Below are positions 1-14,600 of a stretch of 64,000 nucleotides of DNA, piece by piece; position 1 is the first letter of the stretch, and every line of letters begins with the position of its first letter. A program made the position numbers and the translations under genes. The DNA is from Tubiluchus corallicola (lineage: Eukaryota > Animalia > Priapulida), in the NCBI GenBank assembly GCA_030141605.1, contig JAQGDQ010000096.1:62001-126000 (forward strand), written 5' to 3'. The notes beneath the pieces were generated by a model, which was not told the origin of the DNA, searched no databases, and was given only the letters and a program-made list of their open reading frames with translations.

Positions 1-1995
1 ATGAATGAACACTAGAGACTGTACGTTTTGTAATTATTGATAGTCACAAAATTTAGCTCAGCTAACTTGCTTAAGTTTTTTAATTTATTCAGGTATATAT
101 TATATTATGTTATGATATAATTTGTTACGATATATTACTAGCTGACATTTCAAACATTATTGTTTTCTACAGATAATAAACTAAACTACTATATACTACC
201 ACCAAAAAAATACCAGTAGGCCTAGTGTATAATATATTAATTATTAACTTATTAATAACAGTAATATTGATAATAATATAGTAATAAATAATGCTACTTA
301 AACAATCTAGTCAATTGAAACAAATCTCAAATGCTACTAATATTTCAAAAAATAAATTACCGAAGCAAAGAAATAATGAATATAATAAAAGATGCATATT
401 TACAACCTGTTGTCCTTCTGCCATTTTAAAACTTTGCTCTTTTCTACTGATTTTTGACTAGAGACGTGGGCAGATGACAACACTTGAGCCATCCATCTTT
501 TTCACTTTTGTTGATAATAAACTTTATATGCTGTAGCGACTTGCAATGAGCGAGTGTTTGTGAGCGCGTGTATTACATCATCAAGTTGGGCAGACTAAAC
601 ACTGTTTGCGATCTATGTGTTGAGTGACACAACTTAGATAAAACTATTATTTGGGCCCATAGTTATATCAAACTTGTATTATTAGCTGAGGTTATTACTA
701 TAAAAACTGGGGGTTTAGTTTTTTTAAATTTTAATAAGTGTTTCTGTTGGGACCTCCTGCACCAAGCAATTACAACTTCATGTGAACAAATACTAACAGT
801 TTCTAATGAAAATTATATTAGTGCAACAAGAAGTGTGTGAAATTTCCTGACATTAATCATGTGCTTGCAATACGCCCATGTCATATATGTTACTAATTAA
901 AGTAATCTTACCGTTGCTTGTCATTCATTAAATGTCAGCGTATTTCTATTAATCATACTAACATGGCCTATAATCAGCTTAGTATAATCAGTTTCTATCT
1001 AAGGGTGAATGCCCACTGATTAAGTGATTACTTTGCAATGATTTGCACAGATTTTATGTTTCATGGTGCTGGATACCATTTTATCTTTGAACGAAGACAA
1101 AATGATTTCTCATATACTACCCCATTTTCAAATCTGATAAAAAGTATACACACATGAATACTGGCAAAAGCATTTCTGATAATTAAATTATATATTAAAA
1201 ACTTATTTAAAGGCAGGCAAGTATGTGATGATCACAGTATTAGTTTGTGATGTCAACTATTGATGACATTACAAACTAATATAATTTTTAACAGCAAAGA
1301 TATTCCACAAGTGTGTTGCACTTGTCTGCAAAGGCGAAAATTGAAGTACAGTGCTACTGTAAGGTATTCAGTGTGTTTCACTAAAACTAGACAAGTTTTA
1401 AGATAAAAATTCAAATTTCAAATTTACCTCTGTGCTCACGCTAGAGCTGTCGAACGTGTGTAGTTCATCACAAATTAACACATCTGAACTGAGCGGTACA
1501 GCACCTGTTTTTTTTTTGTAAAATGCGTTGCCGAAATGCACGCACTAGTGCCCGTCTAACTAGTGAATGGCGAAATACGTGTAACAACGAAGAACCAGTG
1601 GCGCAAACGTGAAATTGTGTTTATGTGGTAATAATTCTTTCACGTAAGTCATTTTTGAAACAAATAGTGTGTTTCCTTTCAATATTTTAAAGACTAGATT
1701 GTTTTGACCTGCAGCTTCAGATTGGGTCCAGTTTTGCTTTAAACTGCAATTACAAATAGAAAGTATGACACTGAGAAGAGTCTTTAAAATTGGCAATAAA
1801 AATACAAAAAGAGCAAAATACTGTAAAGAGTTTGGACAAGGTAAAATATTTGGCAAACATGAGCCAGGTTATAGGCCTAGCAAGAACGATGATACTGTCA
1901 AAAATCTGCCATGATGAGAATAAATCAAGTTGAAAAGATAACCAATATAGGTTGTACTAAGGAAATAGTTGTTAGCAATACACAATGCTTACATG

Positions 1996-2296
1996 CAGGA
2001 CTGGATTACCCTATAATTATAGTATAGGCTGCAGCGTGCGTACATACGCTCAAGCTTCGGGGCCCAAAGCTTGAGGGGCCCCGCTAAAAGATTTTCAAAT
2101 ATAATTTTCTTGAAAAAATAAGTATAATAATATTTTAATGTTTTGCATTGCTAAATAATTAATTTAACTTAAAACAAAATTTCAGCTTTAAAAAAGGCCC
2201 AGGAGTCTGAAATTTGAATTTTAAAAAAGGGGCCCTCGTTTGTAGCCCCGTAATTTCATCAGGCTAATGACTCTAAAAGGTCATAATCCTACCCTG
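1996..2296. mobile_element. Degenerate hAT-like MITE
   Basis: Imperfect TIRs CAGGACTGGATTA / TAATCCTACCCTG, internal GGGCCC motifs, degenerate flanks CTTACATG / CTCGTATG. Confidence 0.6.
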
Positions 2297-3020
2297 CTCG
2301 TATGCAACAGTTTTCTGTTTGAGGTTTCGTAATTTTGGTATTGCAAAACATACCTACATTTCTGCAAGAAACTGGAACTTTTCCTATAATTACAGCATGT
2401 CATGTAATGTATCTCAAAATATTCCCTCCTAAATATTTTGTTGATCTTTCAGTGTTATCTTTTATCTTCGTGTTTGGATTGTTTTAGAGAATTGAAGTAA
2501 ATGTGTTAGATTTGGAATCTTTGTAGAACTGTATAGTAATTTTGTAATATTTGTCATAAATTTCATAAGTCTTAGCTTATGTGTTTTTAGTATTCACCAT
2601 GAAAGAATATGCTAAGTTAATAAGACTAAAGCACATTTTATCGATTTTTTTTAATTGTGTGTATTTTTAACTATTTTTGTGTTCATTTTAATTGTATTTA
2701 CAAGTGCACTGTTTTTAAAATTTTTACTTGTTACTGTGTAAATTTTATGATGAATTGTAACATGTAGAAAATAGGAGAAACAAGGAGAATTCACCGTATT
2801 ATGATGACTTTGCTCATTGTTAAATGTAACTCACCCTTGAATTACATATATAATTGTTTGCTAGAAATGTTACAACAATGGTAATGGTAGTAGTGGTAGT
2901 GGTAGTGATATTGGTAGTAGTAGCTATGATAAAAAAATAATAATGGTAAAGCACATTTTTATTGCTAACTTTTAAATACTGTTATTACTTTTAAAGTGTT
3001 TTTACTTACCTGTATTTTAG

Positions 3021-3163
3021 GTTGGTGAAGGAAGAGCATTATATAATCTAGGTAATGTATATCACGCTAAAGGAAAACAAGCAGGGCGGATGGGACATCA
3101 AGACCCTGGTGACTTTCCTGATGATGTTAAAGTGTCTCTTCAAAAGGCTGCCGAGTATTATGA
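3021..3163 (+). CDS. GPSM2: GPSM exon (TPR)
   Basis: ttttag|VGEGRALYNLGNVYHAKGKQAGRMGHQDPGDFPDDVKVSLQKAAEYYE|gtatga. Confidence 0.95.
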
Positions 3164-6100
3164 GTATGAGAGTCATCACTTTTATTCAGTAACATCTTTA
3201 AAACATTGCGTACAAAATGTAAGAACACTGTCTGCTGACGACAATATTACATTATCATGTATTCTTAAATTTTGAGAGTGACAGAGTCCAGTCGGCTGCC
3301 CAACCACCTCTTTCAGTTTTTTTCATCATGTGGGTGTATATATGGCACTGGGAGATGTCCTCTTGTGCCCTTTTTACTTAAACTAAAAAGCAGTTTTCGC
3401 CATAAAAACTAAAAGTCAAATTTGTTATTTTGAAAGCAGCAATTTAGCAGTTAAGGGAGTATTTAATGAGCTCGGAGCCGCACTGTTTCAGCTGTGCTCC
3501 AGCCGGTTTATATCTGCAGTCAACCTAGCTGAACCCAGCTTTAGTCGCGCCAGCCTCTCAGTGATAGGAGTTGAGCTAGCAGACATTTTTGCTGGCTGCA
3601 AAAATTTTCGCAGCCCTTTCAATATTCAAGTAACACTGCAAATCACTGGTTAAAATATGACAAACACATTGTGGACACGTGGTCAGATTGTGCATGTGCT
3701 GGCAAACATCCTAAACTTCAGAAACTTTTGAAAAAGAAAGTTGATCAGTTCAAAATTAAATACACAAATAGGCAATGTTAGTCACACGTATGGGATCATT
3801 TTTGTGTTTCGCCAAGAGTTGGATTTAAATTATATTTGCAATAAATCCATTGCTTTCTCATAATAATAAAAAATTAGTCTTTAATGCATTATTTGAATTT
3901 GTACATCAGCTTTTTTCTGTGTTCAAGCAACACAAATTATTTAAAAAATTTGTCTTCATAATTAACAGTTAACTACCAATTCATCATTTATTTGGTTAAC
4001 AAAAATTTGTAGCTTTAGCTGACTTACGTGATTTTTTTCTTTAAGCTAACTCAGCTGAAAAGTCACTCAACCTCAGCCGTACTAGCTGATTTTTTGGTTG
4101 AGTCAGCTAATGTAGTTGGAACTGACTCAGCTTCGGCCTCTATAAGTCACCTCTGGATCCAGTTTCACAAAGCCGTCACTAACTTAACGAGTCGTTGTTA
4201 ATAGTTAAGTGATTGTAATAACGTTGTCGTTAACTTAGTGACAGCTTTGTGAAACCGACCCTTAGTTTACAAAACTTATTAAACTTTGGTTAACACACAA
4301 AAAACCCTGAAAAACCAAAAACTTCGAAAAATACGACTGATATTAATTTAATGACTGACATTATTGAATATGACCGATATTTAATGAATGAAAGTTTCGC
4401 TCCTTGCAAAGGTGCTGAAGATGGAGAAGAAATTGCGTTACAGTAAGTCTTAATAGTGTAGCCGTTATAGCTTTATAATAGCATTAGTACATCACTGCTA
4501 AGATCATAGTGAAATTATTGATAAGTAGCATTAGATTTGTTGCCAAAAGAAGTTGAATTGCAAACCTGCTTCTCATTTGCTTTAATAAACTGAAACTGTT
4601 TCAGAGCCAATTTAAAGATAGTGGAGGAGGTGGGTGATCGAGGTGCACAAGGTCGTGCTTGTGGAAACCTAGGAAATACTCACTATCTTTTGGGCAATTT
4701 CACCCAAGCAATTCATTACCATGAAGAGGTACTCTACTTATTATTGTAGTTCATATGACTGAAGCATACTACTATAAATTTACCATACCAAAGTGTAATG
4801 ATTTCGTTTAGTGCAGATAAATTTATAAGTAATTTACATTTGTAATTATAATAATAATGATGATATAATGGTGGTACTAACAATGGTAAATATTCACAGA
4901 TTGGAAACATGCCTGTTGCATAAACCACTTAAACATGAATATGCTGTAAAGCATTACTGTTGCCAGGATGGAATTAATACCTTCCCATTTTTGTCCCAGT
5001 CAATTTCATGAAATGAGGGAATAACATCTCTTTTGTCTCTGCTCTTCAACTTGTTTTAGACATTTTACTTTTCTGGAGAAGGGGGCTTGTTTGATAAATT
5101 GCTAATCCATACAACATGTTAATTTTTTCAGCGTTTAAAAATAGCTAAAGAGTTTGGTGATAAAGCTGCTGAACGCCGTGCTTATAGTAATCTCGGCAAT
5201 TCCCACGTATTCCTAGGAGAATTTGAAGTAGCAGCAGATCATTATTTGTAAGTTTCATAAAGCTTATAGTGTATATTGAAAATAGTCTGTGTACTACGTA
5301 ATTTCTGAAATTAAATTATCTGTTTGCTGATCAGTGCTAATGAAATCATATAATTCTTAAATTGTTGCATACAATTGATTAGGTTTCCTCATTCTTTACA
5401 CTTTTGTAGAATTTACTGTTACAAATTTAGTTTATTTTGTAATAATTGATTTAATTTGGCTAAATGCTTTAATTTTGACTGCCATTTTAAAGCCTTTAGA
5501 TAAATGAATTTTTATTGTTAAGCATACAGGCTGTACAAGTTACATTTCGCTACCAGTCTAGATCTGATAAAGAATTAGTGTTTCTTCTAATCTTACTCTT
5601 TTTTTTCTCACTAAAGTTGTTTAGCTGTTGTGCTGTATAAATTTGGTGTTATGTAAAATGAAGTGAGAATTTTACTTAATGGATGAGCCATATTGATCTT
5701 CTAGTTAAACTACCTCGATCAGCAACTTCTTATAAAAGTGCTAAAAGTTGAATGGTGCTTTGTTGAATGGGTAAATGTATGGCTATTATTCAAATGTTTG
5801 CTAGCATTTCAGCAACCATCTTAAATTCAGTGTTATTTTGTGAGATAATGTTTTTTTGCACTACCAGGTGTTATATATACGGAAAAGCTCAGTAAATGTA
5901 AACTTAAGAGAACAGCATTGCATCAGCTAGCGAGTACCAGTGAATAGTGTTCTAGACACAAATGAACTTGAAGTTCATCTGTAAATAGCCTAGTATAAAA
6001 TCTCACATGCAGTATAGAAGAAAATTTGTAGTCACAATTATAACTTTTCTTTAGTTATATGCATCTTACTTCAATGTTGCTTCAAAATGTTTAATATAAT

Positions 6101-9100
6101 TGTTTTCTGCACACATATGTATCTATGAATTGTCTTGTATCTGCTTATCAAGCTGCAAATTATTCATTTTGTTGTTTTGATGATTCATGATCAGAAATAT
6201 TTTTTCATTTGGGTACTGCATGCATAATATAATTTCTAGACTTGTATCACAGAAATTTGCTATTTATTTATGCAGAAGAACTCTCCAAATAGCAAGAGAT
6301 ATTGGAGATCGGGCTGTCGAGGCCCAAGCTTGTTACAGCTTAGGGAATACATACACATTATTAAGGGATTATGAAAAAGCAATCTACTATCATAATCTTC
6401 ATCTACAGGTATATATAATTTTAGATCATTAATAACCATTTTATTCCAGTAGGATTATTCCAGTAGGAATAACTACAGTGAACCAAAAATAATGATTTCT
6501 ATTGATTGTCTTGTGACAAAATGCATGACAAAAAACATTATAATCTGTTATACTACATTTCTTTGAAGCTGTAAAAGTAAAACTATCATTATTATAACTA
6601 TTTATTGCAGGGAAACACTACCTATTTAAATTTGTTCTATTTAAATATTATGTTTTTGCATTTATTAGTAACTGTTGTCGATTATATAAGGTTGAACTAG
6701 TCATCCATTTTTAAATTGATATTGTTCGAAAAAATATAACTTTTATAAATGCTGATAATGTTTGCAGGATTTACTTCTTACAGATAGCTCAAGAATTAGG
6801 TGATCGTGTTGGTGAGGGTAGAGCATGTTGGAGCTTAGGCAATGCTTACACTGCACTAGGAGATCATGAGAAAGCACTCGAATATGCAACAAAACATTTA
6901 CACATCTCAAAAGAGGTATCAGTGTAAATGCACATTTTTCCTATTTAATTTAATTTTTAACTTTTAGTTTATTTCAGCACATTAAGATGTTATACAAATT
7001 GTAAAAGTTTAATTAAGAAACATTAGTGGTGTGCGCTACTAAAAATACATTTGAGCCTACAAAAAATAAAATATATACGTAATTTAAAACAGTAAGAAAA
7101 GAAATTAAAACCAGCAGTTTTATATCAGTAATCAACAAAATTATTCATCTGATCTCACATCAGTGTGATTGCACATACAGTATACAAGAAAATTTGCAGT
7201 GTGAATGATACCTGTTCTTAGGCTATATGCAGAGCAGCACAACAGTACTTTATAACTTTTTGTGCGCATATCGTAAAAGGTAAATTTTACAAAGCATGAG
7301 CACTACATGCTTTGTAAAATTGTCTCAAGACTCCATAACTCACGAATTTATGGTGTCTGATGTGGTTCCATGTTTTTCAAAATCAGTGTTTTTTTGCGTT
7401 GCAATTATATATGAACTTGTATGCTGTTTGATAATATTGTTATACTAATATGTGAAATGAGATTAAATTTTTCTAATAACTATGTCAGCTGCCATTGCCA
7501 GTGTCATACATTCTTTTTAATACGTACATTTTTAGATATTTTTTACATTTTCGCTTAAGCACCATTTGGATTTAGTTTATCGTCCATATGGTTAGAGCAA
7601 TGTAAAAGCACAAACATTTTAAAAATAGCACTTTTGACAAGTTTACAAGTTTTAAAATCTTTAGAGAATCTAGCTAACACAGCTAGATAGATTGACAGAC
7701 TATGCCCTTCCTAAATTTTAGCGTAATTTCTGGTTCAGATCTGCATTTGATTCAAAATTTTCTAACATCTTGTATAACAAGTTATTTTTTAGGTTTCAGT
7801 TTTATTTTAAAGTAAACCTTCGGTTAAGTTCTGACTTTCACAACAGTTGGCCACTTGTACTTCCACATTTGCTTTTTGTCTGTTTCGTTAATTGAAGGAA
7901 GATAAAGTTAGATCTCGGTTAAGATATAATACTATGTTTGTAACTTATTATTTAGATAAATAATCATTTAGCCATTAAGCATGTAATTAGCATTTCAGAT
8001 TAATGAGTGTATAATTAGATATCACTAAATAGTTATGAACTGCACTTTGCATCACGCAGTTCACACTTCATAACTGGCTCTGTACTTGCATGGATATAAA
8101 GTATTATTTTAACTTTTTATTTGCTTTGAGGCTTAATAATTTTTTTTCTTCTTGTTGCAACTAACCATGGAAGAAATTTACGTTTTAGGGATAACTGAAA
8201 CTTGCAGATGAATTTCTTTTTTTTCAGATTAAAATTTCACATTTTAGTTTTAATTATGCCGGCAAGTTGCATTACACAATGGCCTGCACCAGTAATTATT
8301 GCGCTAGAAAATACTTAACACTGTCAGTTTTTTGTACGAGATAAATTATCATAACTACTTTAACCTCTCTCTCTTGATCACTGGTATATTGCGCAAATTT
8401 GCGTGTATTTCACTGCACATACGTCTTTAGTTTCATCTTTTTAAACGCTTTTTCAAACTTTTTTTCAGATCAACTGGATGTGTTTTTACAGTCCGGTAAT
8501 GTGTTTTTAAAATATCTACATTCTGTATAACTGGCATGTGTTGGTTTATTTTGAGAATGTTTCGTGACTATTTCTGCTTTGACTGCGGAGATGACATTTT
8601 GCAAACACATTATTGTTATCTATGACCAAAGTGACTACACTGAGATAATGAAACAGTGTTAATTTGAATGTATAGCAGGATTCTCCTTAGTCATTGTTAA
8701 CAACTACAAAACGAAACCTGCTATAATGAATGATTATCTTACCGATTAAAAAAATGGTCATTCGTCCGTGCCATATTAAATACTGTAGTAATATCACAAT
8801 GCCAATTTTCATTGCTACTTTTTGAAATAGCGTCATCAGAACAAAACTATTGGAAAAATAAGTGCCTAGCATGCTACATTGTCATGTTTAGGGCTATCAT
8901 ATTTAACATACCACCAGCTTTTAACTGAAAAGTGATATTGAAAAGGCTGTCGTGTATGCACTACTCGCAATATATTGAACAGCTGTATCAGCATTTATAT
9001 AGAACATTTATTTGCAACACAGTAAGTCCTTGCTTAATGGTACGCATTGTAAGTCCTCCTTCCACAGAAAACAGTATAAATCAGGAGTGTCCAACATACG

Positions 9101-11593
9101 GCCCGCGGGCCAGAATCCAGCCCGCCATGCGTTTCTCTCCGGCCCGCGAAGTTTCTCTTATTTTGTCAAAATTTAATAGACAGCTGCACTTGTAACTCAA
9201 CTATCAGATTTGCCGGTCGTCAACAATCCATGAAGGTCACAGTCATTAACACGTGACTTCGATTTCTGACTCAGCAGGTCGCCGCAAGGCAGACAGACAG
9301 TTTAATTGTCTTTTTGTGGTTGTGAAATTGCTAATCCGGCCCGCGACTACTTTGAAGGTTGTACACTTGGCCCTCAGTTCAAAAAGGTTGGACACCCCTG
9401 GTATAAATGGATGGTCATGAGTCCAAAGCACAAATGAGTAAATGTCTCATATAAATCAAGCAGTTTTGAATTATAAATCTCCATAATTTGCAAAAAATAA
9501 CAGATATGGTGACTTTATAAACCTAACTGTTTCAACAAAATGCAAATTTAAACACTGGTTTTGTTCACTACGCCATCAGTGAACAATGAACATCTAACAG
9601 AGAAGAACTTCGTTGATGTCAATTACTCTTTCTCTTCTACTTTCATTTCTCATGTTACTGACTGTCTTCTCTGCTAATGCTGATGGATCTTAATAGCCTT
9701 CGTGTTCCAGCAGAGTGAATGCAAATAAAGTAGCTGTGAACACTGCTAGTAACAGTATGTGTACATGTATTAATATCTTTTTATCTCTAAGCAAACAAGT
9801 CTCAGCAAGAAATCATGTCCGATTGCTTAATATCAAACTTAGGGCCGTTAACATTGATTCGTTGCAGCTTTTTTTATAAAATGACAAACAAACAAAAGTT
9901 CAATGAAGCTAGAGGTAAACATTTATCTTTAAAATGAAACAATTGTCAAAAGTTCAGTGAAGCTAGAGGTAAACATTTATCTTTAAAGTGAAACAATTGT
10001 CAAAAGTTCAGTGAAGCTAGAGGTAAACATTTATCTTTAAAGTGAAACAATTGTCAAAAGTTCAGTGAAGCTAGAGGTAAGCATTTATCTTTAAAGTGAA
10101 ACAATTGTCAAAAGTTCAGTGAAGCTAGAGGTAAACATTTATCTTTAAAGTGAAACAATTGTCAAAAGTTCAGTGAAGCTAGAGGTAAACATTTAACTTT
10201 AAAGTGAAACAATTGTCGAAAGTTCAGTGAAGCTAGAGGTAAGCATTTATCTTTAAAGTGAAACAATTGTCAAAAGTTCAGTGAAGCTAGAGGTAAACAT
10301 TTATCTTTAAAGTGAAACAATTGTCAAAAGTTCAGTGAAGCTAGAGGTAAACATTTATCTTTAAAGTGAAACAATTGTCAAAAGTTCTTTATTATCAAAA
10401 TGAAACGTCACCACCAAATGGAGAATTGTTAAGCGAGGAGTTATTGTATTTTATTTACTCGAGTAAGTAATTATTTTTTCTAGTTTCAGTGCTCTGCATC
10501 TACCTTCTTCCCAAGCACACTTTGAAAAGCTATTCATTTTTTTCTATATAATTTTGTAATAACCCTTTATGCAACATGCCACTGACAATAAATTATAAAA
10601 ACTGGTACATAAATCTGCAACACAACTAATTATAGCTGAGTTGCTTGTTTTTGGAGTGCTACTTGTAATTCTCTTGCAGTGATCAGAGTATCATATCCAT
10701 GTGCTAAATACTCATTTGTCGACTCTTGATGGTCATTTTTTGTTGTGTAGGTGATAAGTACCTTTTCTTCTCTCCTGTTTCTCTAAGTTGACAAGGTCTA
10801 CTCAGTTGTTTCATGAGCACAGAAAGGGCTGTCCTATCTTATGCTGTGTGACGATAATTGTTGTTAGTAACGTCTATTTGCAGTGAAATTTGTACAAAGG
10901 GTGAAGTTTTGAAAGTTTCATACTCATTTATTGACAATATTATTATTTCACACTTTCTAGTATAAAATTACATGAGGTTTTTTGTGTCAGATTTTGTAAA
11001 GTATAGTGCATTGGTAGAACCTGTATAAATCCACCTAAAGATAAACGAAAATGTACAAGGATGTTTAGAGCAGAAATTCAGTGATTTTGTACTGAGTTGA
11101 CACCGAGTGGAAAATTACATCACATTGATTGCACACATTATCGGTGCAAAAGTGTTGAAAATGCTTTATATAAGTGTCTTAATACAGAATTTATTTGGAG
11201 AAACATAAGAAAATGTAGTAGGATTACGACAGGAAGAACTCGCTTGAGTAGCATGCTAGCTAAACATTTTGTTGACAAAGGAACTGCTATTTGTCATTGT
11301 TTCTGTTTTTGTTTTGTTTTGTTATTTTTTGTTATTGTTTTAAATAGAGCTTGTTTGTGCAGAATTCCTCTGTAATAATTGTACAAATCTCCCATGCAGC
11401 TTGATGTTCACTTGATGTTCACTTGCTCTTGTTATGCACTGTTATCTATAAAGTTATTTTTTCATAACATACAACTTTGCATAAACTAAGTCGTATTTCA
11501 AACTAATTTTAGGTTTTTGATGAAAATATGCAGTATTATGGAGTTTTTTGCTTTGGCCATTCATATCTCAATACGTGTAATAAGTTTTGTGTG

Positions 11594-11625
<32 letters not shown>

Positions 11626-14600
11626 TGTGTATTTATAAAAAGTATAATATTCTTGTGGACTTGAGATCACCTTTGAGTTTAGAGAAAAGTGAATGGAATT
11701 TGTATGTCCGGGTTGAAAGAATTTTTTAAAACTAGACCTTTTAACCACACCAAACTTATTTGAAGATAATATACTTACACGCTTGTGTGAATTTTTGACA
11801 ATCATTACCTGAATAGCTGTTTCTTGTGATGGATGCATTCTCCTTTCAAATTTGGTTTGTCATCTGTCTCCAAAACATTAGAGCTAGGAACTTGAAACTG
11901 TGTTAGCAGCTAGTTGATAGATAAAGTAACTAGTATGTCAAAATCCATCTCAGAATCCCTTTGAAGGCTGGATTGACACTTATTTAGGATCTATTTGCTT
12001 GTTGCCTGAATTCTCAATAAATTGTCAAACTGATCTAATGTGGTGTTTGGTAATGCTGCAACTCTTCTTCATAGAATGTCTGCTTTTTAAGTCTCTTTTG
12101 TTTCTTCTTTTGTGGAGGATGCTCATTGGATCTCTAGTCAAAAGTTGCCAAATTCTTGATACTTTGCTCAAATTCCTCATTTTGCCGCTGCTTCACTTAT
12201 TTTTTACCTCAAGAGTTTAGATGTTGGACAGTGCTGATAAATCTGTCTTTTTTGGTCGCTTACCTGTGAAATTACCATAAAATTATTTCTATGTTAACTG
12301 TACAAGAAGAACACTAATGGAATTTCCTGTCACTAGCAAATTGGCTAAAAATGGTTTTTCTGGGACTTTGTTGTTGTGCTCACTTTTGGTTTACCTGAAA
12401 GTGCGTGTGTGCACGGGTCATATTAATTGCTCATGGTGAAAAGTCAACAAAAGCTTTCATTTATCATCGTTTTATTTGCAATATGATGAATTAAATTTTG
12501 CATAAGTTGTAAAAAAATCCGTTTTCTATTTTCGTTAACCTTTATGCAAAATTTTCATTTTTTCTTTGTTGTTTTTCAAACCATGTGTTTAATTTCTCTC
12601 ATTCTACTGAGACATTTAAAGTTCTTTTAAATCACTTCTCATGCTATGACTAATGACTACTAATACTTAATTGGGAAAGTTATTCGAAAACGTTTAGTTT
12701 AGAGCTGGCCAATGGTATGAGTAAGATAGCCAAATACTTATGGTGCCAAATTCATAAAGATTTGAAAAAAAAACAAAGCTGTCTCTTTGTCTCCTACTAT
12801 CAAAATCACTCCAGACAAATGAATTTTCAATTAGGTTGCTAAACTGCCAATAGAAATGCTAATAGAAATAGAAATTCCACAGTTTAAAGAAGAAATGCGT
12901 AAAGCAATGCTGACTACATTAAATTGTTGATTGCTTAACTCATATTTCCACTTATTAGCATTTCCACTTATTAGTATTACATAAACTGGGCAGGACAGTT
13001 TTACAAAGTTTACTCTTGTATATGAAAGATAAGAATGTATCAGTGATCTTGTTTGTATTCTTGCATTCTTCTACTGTCCCATCAGAATAACAAACTTTTT
13101 CCAATGCAATAGATCAGAAGGTGCCCCTCCCGTCTTTGCCTCATTGCTTCTCCTAGTCACTCTAAGCCAAGTTTCACTTTACATGGTGTCATTAATGAAG
13201 TCGTAACTTTTACAGATAATTTTTACACTTACAGAAATCCTGATGATAATTTTTGAAAAATAATTTTTTTATCCAGTTTTACTTGTTTTCACGCGTAGTT
13301 TGATTACTAATTTACTCAGCTTATTACATACAGTTCCATGTGATGTTTACAGAAACTTACAATTTTGATAATGATGTACCTCGATTCAAAAATCCTTTCA
13401 AAAGTCCATGTAAGCTTAAATTGAACCCTAGCCATTGAGTTAATTTTTTTAGAAAACAGCAAAAACTGTTGCTATATGATATTTTTATTATTCTGTCTTA
13501 TTGTTCTATGTATTTTTATAGCTGATATTAATTGTTATACTTGAAAGTGCAATTATGTTTAGCCCTCATGTCAGTTTGGTGTAGTATACAGCAAAGCTTA
13601 ACAGAATTGTCCATGATGACATGTTTTTCCACTACAATACTGTTGCAAGTTTCTATTTTTTTCACAGAAATACTAAAAAATAACTGCAAAAAGTTGAGGC
13701 TTTTAAGTCAAAATAAGCGCAAGTTACAGTCAAATTTTCCAACTGCTTTAGTGGTCACATTCAAAACTACTAGGAAAATCAGTGAATAGAAATGTTATTA
13801 ATTATTATTTAAACACATGCATTAAAAACTCATTGTTCAAGCAGTTTTGTAATCATACTGGGATATTATAAAACTTGCCAAGTTTCACTGACATGCTTCT
13901 ATGATTTGATTGGCCTCCTACTCAGCAAGGGCATCTTACTATTTACTACTTACTGTAAATAGTTGTGTGTTTATTTTGGAGTTTTATTCCCTCTTATAGG
14001 TTGGTGATTATTCGGGAGAGGAAACAGCAAAGAGTAATGTAAATGATCTCCAGTCAGCATTAGGAATAAACAGGTATTCTTGCACAATTTTTTTTAAACG
14101 CACGGCAGAACAGTTAAATGTATTTGTTGTTGTTGTCGTCATTGTTTTTGTTGTTTTTTTTATTTTCAACTCATTCCAGTGTGGAAATGTTTTATCACTG
14201 GCTGTGCCTGTTTAGGTATTAAACTTTAAAATGCATTTTGCCTATGCTACATGGAACTTCACTTAAAAAGAATACTGTAGAACTGTTTGAAGATGCTATA
14301 TCTTTTTCATGTGGGACACCGTTCTTGATGTGAGTGTATAATTTGAAAATTTGAAGAACGCAAATCTTGTCATGGTTGAAGTGAGTGTACTCTATCAACT
14401 CAAATCTTGTCATGGTTGAAGTGAGTACTCTATCAACTCAAATCTTGTCGTGGTTGAAGTGAGTACACTGTCAGCTCAAATCTTGTCGTGGTTGAAGTGA
14501 GCACACTGTCAACTCAAATCTTGTCGTGGTTGAAGTGAGTACACTGTCAACTCAAATCTTGTCGTGGTTGAAGTGAGTACTCTATCAACTCAAATCTTGT

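Noticed and set aside
406-424. Antisense first exon ATG GCA GAA GGA CAA CAG|gt with a good Kozak context
   Set aside because: Too short, weak donor, no partner exons visible.
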